Below are positions 1 through 8,283 of a stretch of DNA of 20,604 nucleotides, one piece after another. The stretch's first letter is position 1. Each line of letters opens with the position of its first letter. Position numbers and translations under genes: made by a program. The DNA lies in assembly GCA_039588295.1 (NCBI GenBank), contig JBDHAB010000047.1, positions 1 through 20,604 on the forward strand. Reading direction: 5' to 3'. The DNA is from Gemmatimonadota bacterium. Its GTDB lineage: Bacteria; Gemmatimonadota; Gemmatimonadetes; Gemmatimonadales; GWC2-71-9. The notes below the pieces were generated by a model. It searched no databases. It was not told where the DNA came from and worked only from the letters and a program-made list of their open reading frames with translations.

Positions 1-414
1 GCCGACCGGGCCGCGGGGCGCACCGGACGCTCCGGTTCCGAGGAGCGCGTCAACCGCGACACCACCCTGGGGCCACGTGCCACCCGGCTCGAGGAGCACC
101 ACGCCCTCCGCCAGAGCGAGGGCGCGATTCGCTTCGCAGTCAGGCGAGCGCTCCTGGCCCGTCTCCGCCACGAAGACCGGCACGCCACCCGCCTGAAGTG
201 CGCGGGCCACGACCCATCCGTCACCGCCGTTGTTCCCGTGGCCGGCCACGACGAGGACTCCGTTGCCGAGCGCCTGCGGGAATTCGCGTGCGAGCACGGT
301 CGCCACGGCGCGGCCCGCGGCTTCCATGAGGACGCGGCTCGGGATGCCGTGCTCCAGACGGGCACGCTCGTCCCAATCGGCGGACTGCTGGGCGTTCAGA
401 ACCGGTATCGACAT
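1..414 (-). CDS. nnr: NAD(P)H-hydrate epimerase (YjeF_N/NnrE domain), possibly the N-terminus of bifunctional Nnr; runs off the left edge
   Basis: Not in the ORF track. Hand translation from ATG at 414 gives MSIPVLNAQQSADWDERARLEHGIPSRVLMEAAGRAVA...VLVVAGHGNNGGDGWVVARAL...VAVDALLGTG, containing the LME-x-AG, G-x-GNNGGDG and VDALLGTG motifs of YjeF_N. Frame is open to position 1. Confidence 0.92.
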   Translation of the reverse strand, partial: MSIPVLNAQQSADWDERARLEHGIPSRVLMEAAGRAVATVLAREFPQALGNGVLVVAGHGNNGGDGWVVARALQAGGVPVFVAETGQERSPDCEANRALALAEGVVLLEPGGTWPQGGVAVDALLGTGASGAPRGPVG

Positions 415-538
415 GGCGCTAAACAGTCAGCCCTCGTCTAACGGGCCCGCGGCGTCGCGACGGCGCTGGGGCGGTCGCGCTCGCGCACGGGAACCGATTT
501 CGGCGGAGGGCTCGAGGCGGAAACGTGGATCCGTGGTA

Positions 539-733
539 CTACTTGAAGCTCTGTCCGATGGCGCGGCCGAACGAAATCTCTCCGTTGTCGATGCGGATAT
601 TGAACCCGCAATCCGGATTACTGCACGCCCACGCCTTGAACTGAATCGGTGCCCCGTCGCGTCCGTAATCCGACAACGGAATCAGCACCCCCTTCTCACA
701 CTTCAAACACGCAGGCCAGCGCATTTCCTCCAT
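539..733 (-). CDS. Small (64 aa) hypothetical protein with a C-x2-C...C-x4-C zinc-ribbon-like motif
   Basis: CLKC...WACSNPDCGF pattern; strong SD (GGGAGGAG) just upstream of the ATG; fills the gap between co-oriented genes. Confidence 0.85.
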   Translation of the reverse strand: MEEMRWPACLKCEKGVLIPLSDYGRDGAPIQFKAWACSNPDCGFNIRIDNGEISFGRAIGQSFK

Positions 734-766
734 ACGGCTCCTCCCTTCCCCAGCGTCTCGGCGCGA

Positions 767-1162
767 TTAGCTCTGATCCGCGCGTCCCACACCGGCCCAC
801 GGGTACTCCCCCTCAAAGGCCTGCGCGAAATCAAACACCGACTCGAAGTCTTCCACGCGATCGTTCGGGTGACGGATGAGCAACCCGACCTCGATCAGCA
901 CGAAGACGATCCGACCCAGATCGCCGGTCGTCTCGATCCCCCAGTGCGAGAGCACGGTTCGCGCCGTCAGCCCGAACTGCTCAATGGCGAAGTCCCGGCA
1001 CGCGTGTGCGAGTTCGTCCCCCCCGATGTGTCCGCGCACCTTGCGCTTGCGCTGGCTGTACTCAAGCGCAGCAAGCACAAAGAGATACGCGCGTTCGTGG
1101 TAACGACCGTCGCGCTCCCGAATGCGCGCGATTATCTCGTCGGCAAGCTGCAACTGATACAT
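767..1162 (-). CDS. Minf_1886-family hypothetical protein
   Basis: D-x-RY-x3-AY-x-FV-x2-AL, HI-x-G-x-EL, FG-x2-A-x2-VL-x2-WGI-x-TT-x-D-x-G-x-IVF and D-x2-EDF-x2-VFDF pattern recognised as this family. Confidence 0.85.
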   Translation of the reverse strand: MYQLQLADEIIARIRERDGRYHERAYLFVLAALEYSQRKRKVRGHIGGDELAHACRDFAIEQFGLTARTVLSHWGIETTGDLGRIVFVLIEVGLLIRHPNDRVEDFESVFDFAQAFEGEYPWAGVGRADQS

Positions 1163-1168
1163 GGTACT

Positions 1169-1197
1169 AAGGTGAGCGACTGGCGGCTGGCGAGCAA
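1169..1197 (-). promoter_or_regulatory. Possible sigma70-type promoter giving a leaderless transcript for the Minf_1886 gene
   Basis: TTGCTC (1197-1192), 17-nt spacer, CACCTT (1174-1169), then 6 nt to the ATG at 1162; no SD upstream. Confidence 0.35.
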
Positions 1198-1209
1198 GGG
1201 TCCAAAGGG

Positions 1210-2490
1210 TTAGCCCGCCGCGACCCGGGCGCCGTACAGCGGGAACGCCTGCGCCAGCTCGCGGACTTGGGCGCCCACCCGCCCGACGGTCGGATCATCG
1301 GGGGATCGGAGAACCTCGTCGATGAACCCGGCGATGCGACGCATCTCCGGCTCGGTCATCCCGCGCGTCGTCAGCGACGAGCTGCCCAACCGCATGCCAC
1401 TCGTCACGAACGGCGACCGTGGGTCCCCCGGCACGGTATTCTTGTTCACATGCATGCCGGCCCGGCCCAGCGCCTCTTCGGCGTCTTTGCCCGTGTAGTC
1501 ACGATCCCGGAGATCCACCAGCAAGAGATGCGTGTCGGTCCCACCCGACACGATCGCGTAGCCTCGTTCCAGGAGTGCCGTGCCCAGGGCGGTGGCGTTC
1601 TTGACGACTTGGCCGGCGTACGCCTTGAACGCAGGCGTCAGCGCCTCCGCGAACGCGACTGCCTTGGCGGCGATCACGTGCTCCAGCGGTCCCCCCTGGG
1701 TCCCGGGAAACACCTGCTTGTCCACGGGCTTCGCGAGCTCGGCACGGCACAGGATGAAGCCGCCGCGAGGACCGCGCAGCGTCTTGTGCGTGGTGCTGGT
1801 GACGATGTCCGCGTGCGGAACCGGCGACGGCACCACTCCGGCTGCCACGAGACCCGCGAAGTGCGCCATGTCCACCAAGAGCGTCGCCTCCACCTCCCGT
1901 GCGATGGCCGCGAACCCCGCGAAGTCGATGTTACGCGCGTAGGCACTGCCGCCTGCAATGATCAGCCTCGGACGCTCGGCCAACGCAATGTCACGTACCG
2001 TGTCGAGATCGATGAGACCCGTCTCCTCGTCGAGCCCGTACTGCACCGCCCGAAACAGCCGCCCGCTCGCATTCACCTTGGCGCCGTGTGTGAGGTGGCC
2101 GCCGTGCGGGAGCTTGAGTCCCATCAAGGTCTCGCCGGGCTCCAACACCGCGAGGTACGCCGCCATGTTGGCCTGCGCACCACTGTGGGGCTGCACGTTG
2201 GCGTGGTCCGCGCCGAACAACTGCTTCGCCCGGTCGATGGCCAGCTGCTCGATCTCGTCGACGACCTCGCAGCCACCGTAATACCGCCGCCGCGGATAGC
2301 CTTCGGCATACTTGTTGGTCAGCACCGAGCCCATGGCCTCGAGCACCGCGCGCGAGACGAAGTTCTCGCTGGCGATGAGCTCGAGACCGTTTTCCTGCCG
2401 CGCGATCTCTTGGTGGATCAGCTCGGAGATCGTGGGATCTGCGGACTCGAGTGAACGCATGCGATCGTTGAACTCGTCCATGCCACCCAT
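1210..2490 (-). CDS. glyA: Serine hydroxymethyltransferase
   Basis: [16 protein letters not shown]-x2-RYYGGC, GGHLTHG, PLP-lysine motif [21 protein letters not shown]. Confidence 0.98.
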   Translation of the reverse strand: MGGMDEFNDRMRSLESADPTISELIHQEIARQENGLELIASENFVSRAVLEAMGSVLTNKYAEGYPRRRYYGGCEVVDEIEQLAIDRAKQLFGADHANVQPHSGAQANMAAYLAVLEPGETLMGLKLPHGGHLTHGAKVNASGRLFRAVQYGLDEETGLIDLDTVRDIALAERPRLIIAGGSAYARNIDFAGFAAIAREVEATLLVDMAHFAGLVAAGVVPSPVPHADIVTSTTHKTLRGPRGGFILCRAELAKPVDKQVFPGTQGGPLEHVIAAKAVAFAEALTPAFKAYAGQVVKNATALGTALLERGYAIVSGGTDTHLLLVDLRDRDYTGKDAEEALGRAGMHVNKNTVPGDPRSPFVTSGMRLGSSSLTTRGMTEPEMRRIAGFIDEVLRSPDDPTVGRVGAQVRELAQAFPLYGARVAAG

Positions 2491-2501
2491 ATCGCGCTTC
2501 C

Positions 2502-3560
2502 TTACCTCTTTCCTTTGCCGGCCCGACCCTCGATCATCCGCTGCTCGGCCAACTTGTCTGCTGCCCGGTAGGTCGGAATCCCCTGATCACCGGCGAGCTG
2601 CAGAATCCGTAAGATCGTGTCGTAGATCTCGGATGCCTTCTGATGCGATCGTTCTAAGCTCCATCCCTCGATTTCGGCATTGACGTTGATCAATCCGCCG
2701 GCGTTGATCGCGTAGTCCGGCGCATAGATGATCCCCATGTCATGCAATTGATCTCCGTGCCGTTCTTTATCCAACTGGTTGTTCGCTGCTCCGGCGATGA
2801 TCTGGACCTCGAGCAACGGTATCGTATCGTCGTTGATGACCGCACCCAGCGCACACGGCGCAAAGATGTCGGCCCGGGCCCCGTAGATGTCTTTCGGGGC
2901 AACCGCCACGGCATCGAACTCGTCGACCACCCGTTGGATCTTGGCGTTGTCGATGTCCGACACGACGAGCTTCGCACCCTCCTCATGCAGGTGCTTGCAG
3001 AGATAGTACCCCACGTGCCCACACCCCTGCACGGTCACGGTCTTGCCACTCAGGGAATCACTGCCGTAGGCCTGCTGCGCACACGCCTTCATCCCTCGAT
3101 ACACGCCGAGGGCGGTCACCGGTGAGGGGTCTCCCGAGCGGCCCGCCAGCCCAACGACGTGCTCGGTCTCTTCACGAATGTACTCCATGTCACCGGGGCT
3201 CGTTCCCACATCCTCCGCCGTGATGTAGCGGCCGCCGAGCGAGTCCACGTGTCGCCCGTGCGCCTGAAAGATCGGCTTACGATTCTTCGCCTTCGGGTCG
3301 TTGACGATCACGCTCTTGCCACCACCCAGGTTGAGACCGGCGACAGCCGCCTTGTAGGTCATGCCGCGTGACAGCCGCAAAACGTCAATGAGCGCCTCGA
3401 GGTCGTTCTCGTAGCGCCACATGCGCGTTCCACCGAGCGCGGGGCCGAGTGCGGTGTTGTGGATCGCAATGACGCCACTGTATCCGGCGTCGCCGTCATG
3501 CCACACACTCACTTGCTCGTGGTCGTGCTCCCCAATGAGCTCAAAGAGTCCGTCGTCCAA
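2502..3560 (-). CDS. Glu/Leu/Phe/Val dehydrogenase (leucine dehydrogenase-like)
   Basis: [39 protein letters not shown]-like [31 protein letters not shown]. Start placed at TTG 3560 (GGAG upstream) to avoid a 59-nt overlap with the acyl-CoA dehydrogenase; the ORF track start is 3638. Confidence 0.93.
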   Translation of the reverse strand: MDDGLFELIGEHDHEQVSVWHDGDAGYSGVIAIHNTALGPALGGTRMWRYENDLEALIDVLRLSRGMTYKAAVAGLNLGGGKSVIVNDPKAKNRKPIFQAHGRHVDSLGGRYITAEDVGTSPGDMEYIREETEHVVGLAGRSGDPSPVTALGVYRGMKACAQQAYGSDSLSGKTVTVQGCGHVGYYLCKHLHEEGAKLVVSDIDNAKIQRVVDEFDAVAVAPKDIYGARADIFAPCALGAVINDDTIPLLEVQIIAGAANNQLDKERHGDQLHDMGIIYAPDYAINAGGLINVNAEIEGWSLERSHQKASEIYDTILRILQLAGDQGIPTYRAADKLAEQRMIEGRAGKGKR

Positions 3561-3579
3561 GGATTTCGTTATCTCCGCC

Positions 3580-4749
3580 CTACTTGGAGTAGAGCCCCCG
3601 TGCAATGACGATTCGCTGGATCTCACTTGTCCCTTCATAGATCTCCGTCACCTTTGCATCGCGAAACAGCCGTTCGACTGGGTAATCGCGCATATAGCCA
3701 TAGCCACCGAAGATCTGCACGGCCTGATTCGCCACCCACATCGCCGTCTCGGAGGCGAAGAGCTTGGCCATACTTGCACGCTCCGTTACCGACTCACCGG
3801 CATCCGCCGCGCGCGCCGCCTCGAACACCAAGGCGCGCGCTGCCGTGATTCGGGTCAGCATATCCGCCAACTTGAACTGAATCGCCTGGAAGTCCTTTAG
3901 TGGTTGCTCAAACTGCTGCCGTTCCGCCGCATACCGAATCGAGTGTTCCAGGGCCGCCCGCGCAATCCCGATGGCTTGAGCGCCAACGCCCATGCGCCCG
4001 TTTTCGAGCGCGCGCAGCGCATACGATAACCCCTCTCCCTCCTTGCCAAGCAAGTGTTCGTCGCTCAGTCGCACGTCGCGCAGCATCACCGTCGTGGTGC
4101 GCGATGCTCTGAGACCCATCTTGTCCTCGGCCTTCCCCGGTTCCACACCCGGCGCGTCCGTGGGGACGAGAAAGGCGGAGATGCCTCGCCGGCCGCGTCG
4201 GGCGTCGGGCGTGTCGGTACGAAGCATCACGACCAACATATCGGCCGTGTCCCCGTTGGTGACCCAGGCCTTCTCACCCGTGAGGACCCACGCGTCACCG
4301 TCGTGCACGGCCTGCGCCCGAATGCTCGCGGCGTCCGACCCGGAATCCGCCTCCGACAGCGAGAACGCGGTCAGGACCTCCCCCCGTGCCATGGGCCGGA
4401 GCCACCGCTGCCGCTGCTCCTCACTGCCGTGCGACAAGAGCATCGTGACCGGAAGCGAGTTGTGCACCGACAAGGTGATCGAGATCGACGCATCGGCCAC
4501 CGCGAGCTCTTCCAAGACCATCAAGTAGGTGAGCGTATCGAGCCCGAGCCCGTCGTACTCTTCGGGAACGCGCAGCCCGAAGAACCCCATCTCGCCTAGT
4601 TGCTTGACGGCTTCCACCGGGTAGCGCTGCTCGGCGTCCCACTCGGCCGCGTGCGGCGCGATCTCCTTGCGCGCCACTTCCCGAGCGAGCGCCACGATTT
4701 CACGGCGCTGTTCGTCGACTTCGATCAGCAACGGCTCAGCGATAGTCAT
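3580..4749 (-). CDS. Acyl-CoA dehydrogenase (short/branched-chain type)
   Basis: [67 protein letters not shown]. Start placed at ATG 4749 (MTIAEPL), overlapping the end of the upstream gene. Confidence 0.96.
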   Translation of the reverse strand: MTIAEPLLIEVDEQRREIVALAREVARKEIAPHAAEWDAEQRYPVEAVKQLGEMGFFGLRVPEEYDGLGLDTLTYLMVLEELAVADASISITLSVHNSLPVTMLLSHGSEEQRQRWLRPMARGEVLTAFSLSEADSGSDAASIRAQAVHDGDAWVLTGEKAWVTNGDTADMLVVMLRTDTPDARRGRRGISAFLVPTDAPGVEPGKAEDKMGLRASRTTTVMLRDVRLSDEHLLGKEGEGLSYALRALENGRMGVGAQAIGIARAALEHSIRYAAERQQFEQPLKDFQAIQFKLADMLTRITAARALVFEAARAADAGESVTERASMAKLFASETAMWVANQAVQIFGGYGYMRDYPVERLFRDAKVTEIYEGTSEIQRIVIARGLYSK

Positions 4750-5581
4750 AGAATCCTTGGCCGGTCTTCCGACCCAATCGTCCCGCCGCCACCATCTTTC
4801 GCAGGAGGGGACACGCCCGATACTTGGGGTCCCCCAGACCGTCGTAGAGTACCTCCAGAATCGACAGGCACACGTCGAGGCCGATGAGATCGGCCAGCGC
4901 AAGCGGCCCCATCGGGTGATTCATGCCCAGCTTCATCACGGTGTCCACCGCCTCGGGGGTCGCAACACCTTCCATCACGCAGAAGACCGCTTCATTGATC
5001 ATGGGCAGGAGCACCCGGTTCGATACGAATCCGGGGTAATCGCTCACCTCTACCGGTGTCTTGTCGAGCGCCTGCGCCGTGTCCATGATCGTACGGGTCG
5101 TCTCGTCCGATGTGCCCAGGCCACGGATGATCTCGACCAGCTGCATGACCGGAACCGGATTCATGAAGTGCATCCCGATCACTTTGTCTGGCCGCTCCGT
5201 GCGCGCGGCGATCTCCGTAATCGAGATCGACGAGGTGTTCGAGGCCAGCAGCGTGCCCTCAGGGGTAAGTCGGTCCAGCTCCCCGAAGATCCCGAACTTC
5301 ACTTCCGCCGCCTCGCTCGCGGCTTCGACCACCAACTCCGCGCTCGCTGCCGCATCCAGCACGGTTTCGGTCCTGATCCGCCCGAGCGCCGCGTCTCGGT
5401 CGCTCTCGGACAGGGACCCCTTCTTCACCTGCCGATCCATGTTCTTGCGAATGGTCGCCAGCGCCTTTTCGAGCTGCGCCTGGACCACGTCGATCACCAC
5501 CACGTCCCACGCGTGTTGCGCAAACACGTGCGCGATCCCGTTCCCCATGGTGCCTGCACCAACTACCGCCACGTTCTTCAT
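4736..5581 (-). CDS. hbd: 3-hydroxybutyryl-CoA dehydrogenase
   Basis: Rossmann [23 protein letters not shown], catalytic [51 protein letters not shown]. Confidence 0.95.
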   Translation of the reverse strand: MKNVAVVGAGTMGNGIAHVFAQHAWDVVVIDVVQAQLEKALATIRKNMDRQVKKGSLSESDRDAALGRIRTETVLDAAASAELVVEAASEAAEVKFGIFGELDRLTPEGTLLASNTSSISITEIAARTERPDKVIGMHFMNPVPVMQLVEIIRGLGTSDETTRTIMDTAQALDKTPVEVSDYPGFVSNRVLLPMINEAVFCVMEGVATPEAVDTVMKLGMNHPMGPLALADLIGLDVCLSILEVLYDGLGDPKYRACPLLRKMVAAGRLGRKTGQGFYDYR

Positions 5582-6420
5582 ATTGGCTCTCCCTCCCCGG
5601 CCCGCGCTGCCCGTCGGCTGAGCCAGATCAGCGCCACCGCCATTGTGGCCGAGGCCGCGATCCCACCCTCAGGACCGAAGGCACCCCCGGTCACCCACGT
5701 CGTCCGCCCTGCAAAGAACTCGAGTACGGGTACGTCGAACGTCAGACCGCTCACCGGCGCATCGGCCCCCAAGGCCAGACCGCCATTCCAGCCGGCATGC
5801 ACTCCCCAGGCCATTGGCAACCCGCCGCGCGTGAAGAACGCCGCACTGAGCACGAGCGACGCGATCCCAATGTTTGCCAGGCCCAGCGACGAGACCTCAG
5901 GGTTCGCCACGTGCGCGACCGCGAACACGACGGCGAACACCACACTCGCCCCTACCTTCCCCAACGGCTGCGCGAGCCGAGCCAGCGGCTACCCGCGGAA
6001 CAGCAGCTCCTCGGCCAAAGCCGCGACCACCAGACCGAACCCCACCTGCAGCGCGACGGCAACATACGCCGACGCAGGTTCGGCCGTGATCGCGATGCGG
6101 GCACCGCCCACCGCCACCGTGATCGCGAGGGCACTCGCGGCCATCACGACCCCCACCGCCACACCGGCACCCAGTGCGGTCGGGTCGGCCGGCCCACCAC
6201 GCCACCCCAGCTGCCTCCACGTCGACCAGCCCCGCAACACGAGGATCACAGACACCGCGAATCCGGCGACCACCACCGGAAGCGTACCCACCGCGAGCCC
6301 CAACGACCCCACCAACCACGCCTGCGGGACCAGTAAAGCAATCCCCAAGGCGACGACCACGACGGCGCCGTAGAAGGCAACCAGCGCCACCAGCGCCGCA
6401 AAAACAGCGCGCGCCCTCAA
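5578..6420 (-). pseudogene. CPBP (Abi/CAAX type II) intramembrane metalloprotease interrupted by one in-frame TAG at 5989-5991
   Basis: ORFs 5989..6420 and 5578..5964 share a frame and read ...AALAEELLFRG*PLARLAQPLGKV...FAVAH...HAGWN...GGAFGPEG. Motifs EExxxR, FxxxH and HxxxN are intact, and the start and stop overlap bioY and hbd by 4 nt. Confidence 0.85.
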
Positions 6421-6989
6421 AGGAGCGCGCGCGTCGTCTTACCGAATCGCTGGATGATCGCGCCAGCGACCACCAGCTTCAAAAGATCCAACAGGAGAAA
6501 CGGAGCCGACCCTAACGCCAGCGCGGTGGAAACATCGCCGCTGAGGATCGCCAGCTGCGCCACACCACCCAGGTGAACCACCGCCAACCCCGCCACCACA
6601 CCGACGGCGACTCTGCTCCAGGACCGACCGTGCTCCGTGGCCACTCCCACCACGGCCGCGCCCAGCGGTAGTGCCAGAAGATATCCACCCGTCGGTCCAA
6701 AGAGTCGGGCGAATCCCGGCGCACCGATCGGGGCAAACACCGGAACGCCGGCCGCTCCAAACGCGAGGTAGACCGCCATGCTGGCCGCGCCCAGTCGCGG
6801 ACCCAACAGGCCACCCACGACGAGCACCGCCGGCACCTGGAGCGTCACCGGCACCGGTGTACCCGGAAGCGGGATTGCCACTTGCGCACCGATCGCCACC
6901 AGAAAGGCGCCGGCCAGCACGGCCAGCGACCGCCGCACAACGGTCGTCGGCGTCATGCCCAATAATCGCGCGGTTTGCACTTGACTCAT
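6417..6989 (-). CDS. bioY: Biotin transporter BioY (ECF S-component)
   Basis: AQVAIPLPGTPVPVTLQ, LLGPRLG, G-x-PVFA, LFGPTGGYL, PFL-x2-DLLK. ATG at 6989 overlaps the thiolase TGA (TGATG); alternative ATG at 6956. Confidence 0.93.
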   Translation of the reverse strand: MSQVQTARLLGMTPTTVVRRSLAVLAGAFLVAIGAQVAIPLPGTPVPVTLQVPAVLVVGGLLGPRLGAASMAVYLAFGAAGVPVFAPIGAPGFARLFGPTGGYLLALPLGAAVVGVATEHGRSWSRVAVGVVAGLAVVHLGGVAQLAILSGDVSTALALGSAPFLLLDLLKLVVAGAIIQRFGKTTRALL

Positions 6990-8179
6990 CAGTTTCGCTC
7001 CACACTGAGGGCCACGGCGTTCCCACCACCGAGACAGAGCGTCGCGAGGCCCGTGGTGGCACCCCGATCCTGCATGGCATAGAGCAGCGTCGTGAGAATG
7101 CGTGTGCCGCTCGCACCGATCGGATGCCCCAGCGCAACCGCGCCACCGTTGACATTCACACGATCCCACTCCCAGCCAAGCGCCCGGCCGTCGGCCAGCG
7201 CCTGCACCGCAAAAGCCTCGTTCGCCTCGATCAGATCGTAATCCCCGATCGTGGATTCGGTTCTCTCCATCAAGTTCCGCACCGCGTGAATCGGGGCAAA
7301 GAACAGTTCCTTCGGCGGCCCGCCACCCATCGCGTATCCGGTAACCCGGGCCAGCGGCTTGAGCCCGTGCGCGTCAGCGAACGCCTGTGACGTGACGACC
7401 ACGGCACTTGCCCCGTCATTGAGCCCCGGCGCATTGCCGGCCGTAACTGTGCCCACCTTCTGGAATGCGGGCCGCAGCTTGGCCAGCGCCTCGAGCGACG
7501 TGTCCTTGCGTGGCCCCTCGTCGGCGGAAACGACGGTAACCGCTCCCTTGCGGCCCGGCACTTCGACCGGAACGATCTCCTGGTCGAACTTCCCGGTTTC
7601 CATCGCCGCCACGGCCTTCTGATGGCTCTCGAGCGCGTACTGATCTTGATCCTCGCGGGTCACGTTGGCCTTCTCGGCCGTGTGCTCCGCGTAGGCGCCC
7701 ATCACGTTGTCACCGAAGGAGCACCACAATCCGTCGAACTGCACGCCGTCAATGAGCTGCTGATTGCCGTACTTCACCCCGCCCCGCATACCGAACACGT
7801 AGTGCGGCGCGTTCGACATCGACTCCATGCCACCGGCGACTAAGCACTGTGCGTCACCGGCCTTGATCGCCTGCGCGGCCAACATCACGGACTTGAGCCC
7901 CGAGCCGCAGACCTTGTTCACCGTCATCGCGGGCACCTCGTCGGGCACGCCGCCATGGATCGCGGCTTGGCGGGCGGGGGCCTGACCGGCACCACCCTGC
8001 ACCACCATTCCCATGATGACTTCCTCCACGGCCTTCGACTCGATGCCGGCGCGCTGGACCGCTTCGCGGATGGCGATCGCCCCGAGCTTGGTGGCCGGCA
8101 GCGGACTCAGCCCTCCCAGAAACCTCCCGACGGGGGTCCTGGTAGCGCTGACGATGACAGGGGTTGTGTCCTTACGCAC
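6989..8179 (-). CDS. Acetyl-CoA C-acetyltransferase (thiolase)
   Basis: RTPVGRF, NKVCGSG (catalytic Cys), [41 protein letters not shown] start with strong SD GGAGGAGG. Confidence 0.97.
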   Translation of the reverse strand: MRKDTTPVIVSATRTPVGRFLGGLSPLPATKLGAIAIREAVQRAGIESKAVEEVIMGMVVQGGAGQAPARQAAIHGGVPDEVPAMTVNKVCGSGLKSVMLAAQAIKAGDAQCLVAGGMESMSNAPHYVFGMRGGVKYGNQQLIDGVQFDGLWCSFGDNVMGAYAEHTAEKANVTREDQDQYALESHQKAVAAMETGKFDQEIVPVEVPGRKGAVTVVSADEGPRKDTSLEALAKLRPAFQKVGTVTAGNAPGLNDGASAVVVTSQAFADAHGLKPLARVTGYAMGGGPPKELFFAPIHAVRNLMERTESTIGDYDLIEANEAFAVQALADGRALGWEWDRVNVNGGAVALGHPIGASGTRILTTLLYAMQDRGATTGLATLCLGGGNAVALSVERN

Positions 8180-8243
8180 GGTTGGCCTCCTCCCCTCGTT
8201 CCCATCACTCCCGGATGATGGCTACGACCTGCAGCCTTAGCTG

Positions 8244-8272
8244 AACTTAACGGCGGGTTCAGGGGGTCTCAA
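8244..8272 (-). promoter_or_regulatory. Sigma70-type promoter for the thiolase operon, overlapped by an inverted repeat
   Basis: TTGAGA (8272-8267), 17-nt spacer, TAAGTT (8249-8244); CTGAAC-N10-GTTCAG at 8241-8262. Confidence 0.55.
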
Positions 8273-8283
8273 CTGCATGCGAT

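Noticed and set aside
436..442. GTCTAAC resembling an attC inverse core (RYYYAAC)
   Set aside because: No matching GTTRRRY core in the spacer, and no integrase or cassette array.
230..1213. 327-aa plus-strand ORF
   Set aside because: Antisense to three supported genes and has no recognisable motifs; GC-rich shadow ORF.
5989..5991. Selenocysteine or pyrrolysine recoding of the CPBP internal stop, prompted by selA nearby
   Set aside because: The codon is TAG rather than TGA, there are no pyl genes in the window, and TAG terminates other genes here.
4667..6373. 568-aa plus-strand ORF
   Set aside because: Antisense shadow of hbd and the CPBP gene; low-information Thr/Ala/Pro and Arg/His composition.
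8180..8283. Absence of infC-rpmI-rplT after thrS
   Set aside because: This linkage is common but not universal, so its absence alone is not informative.
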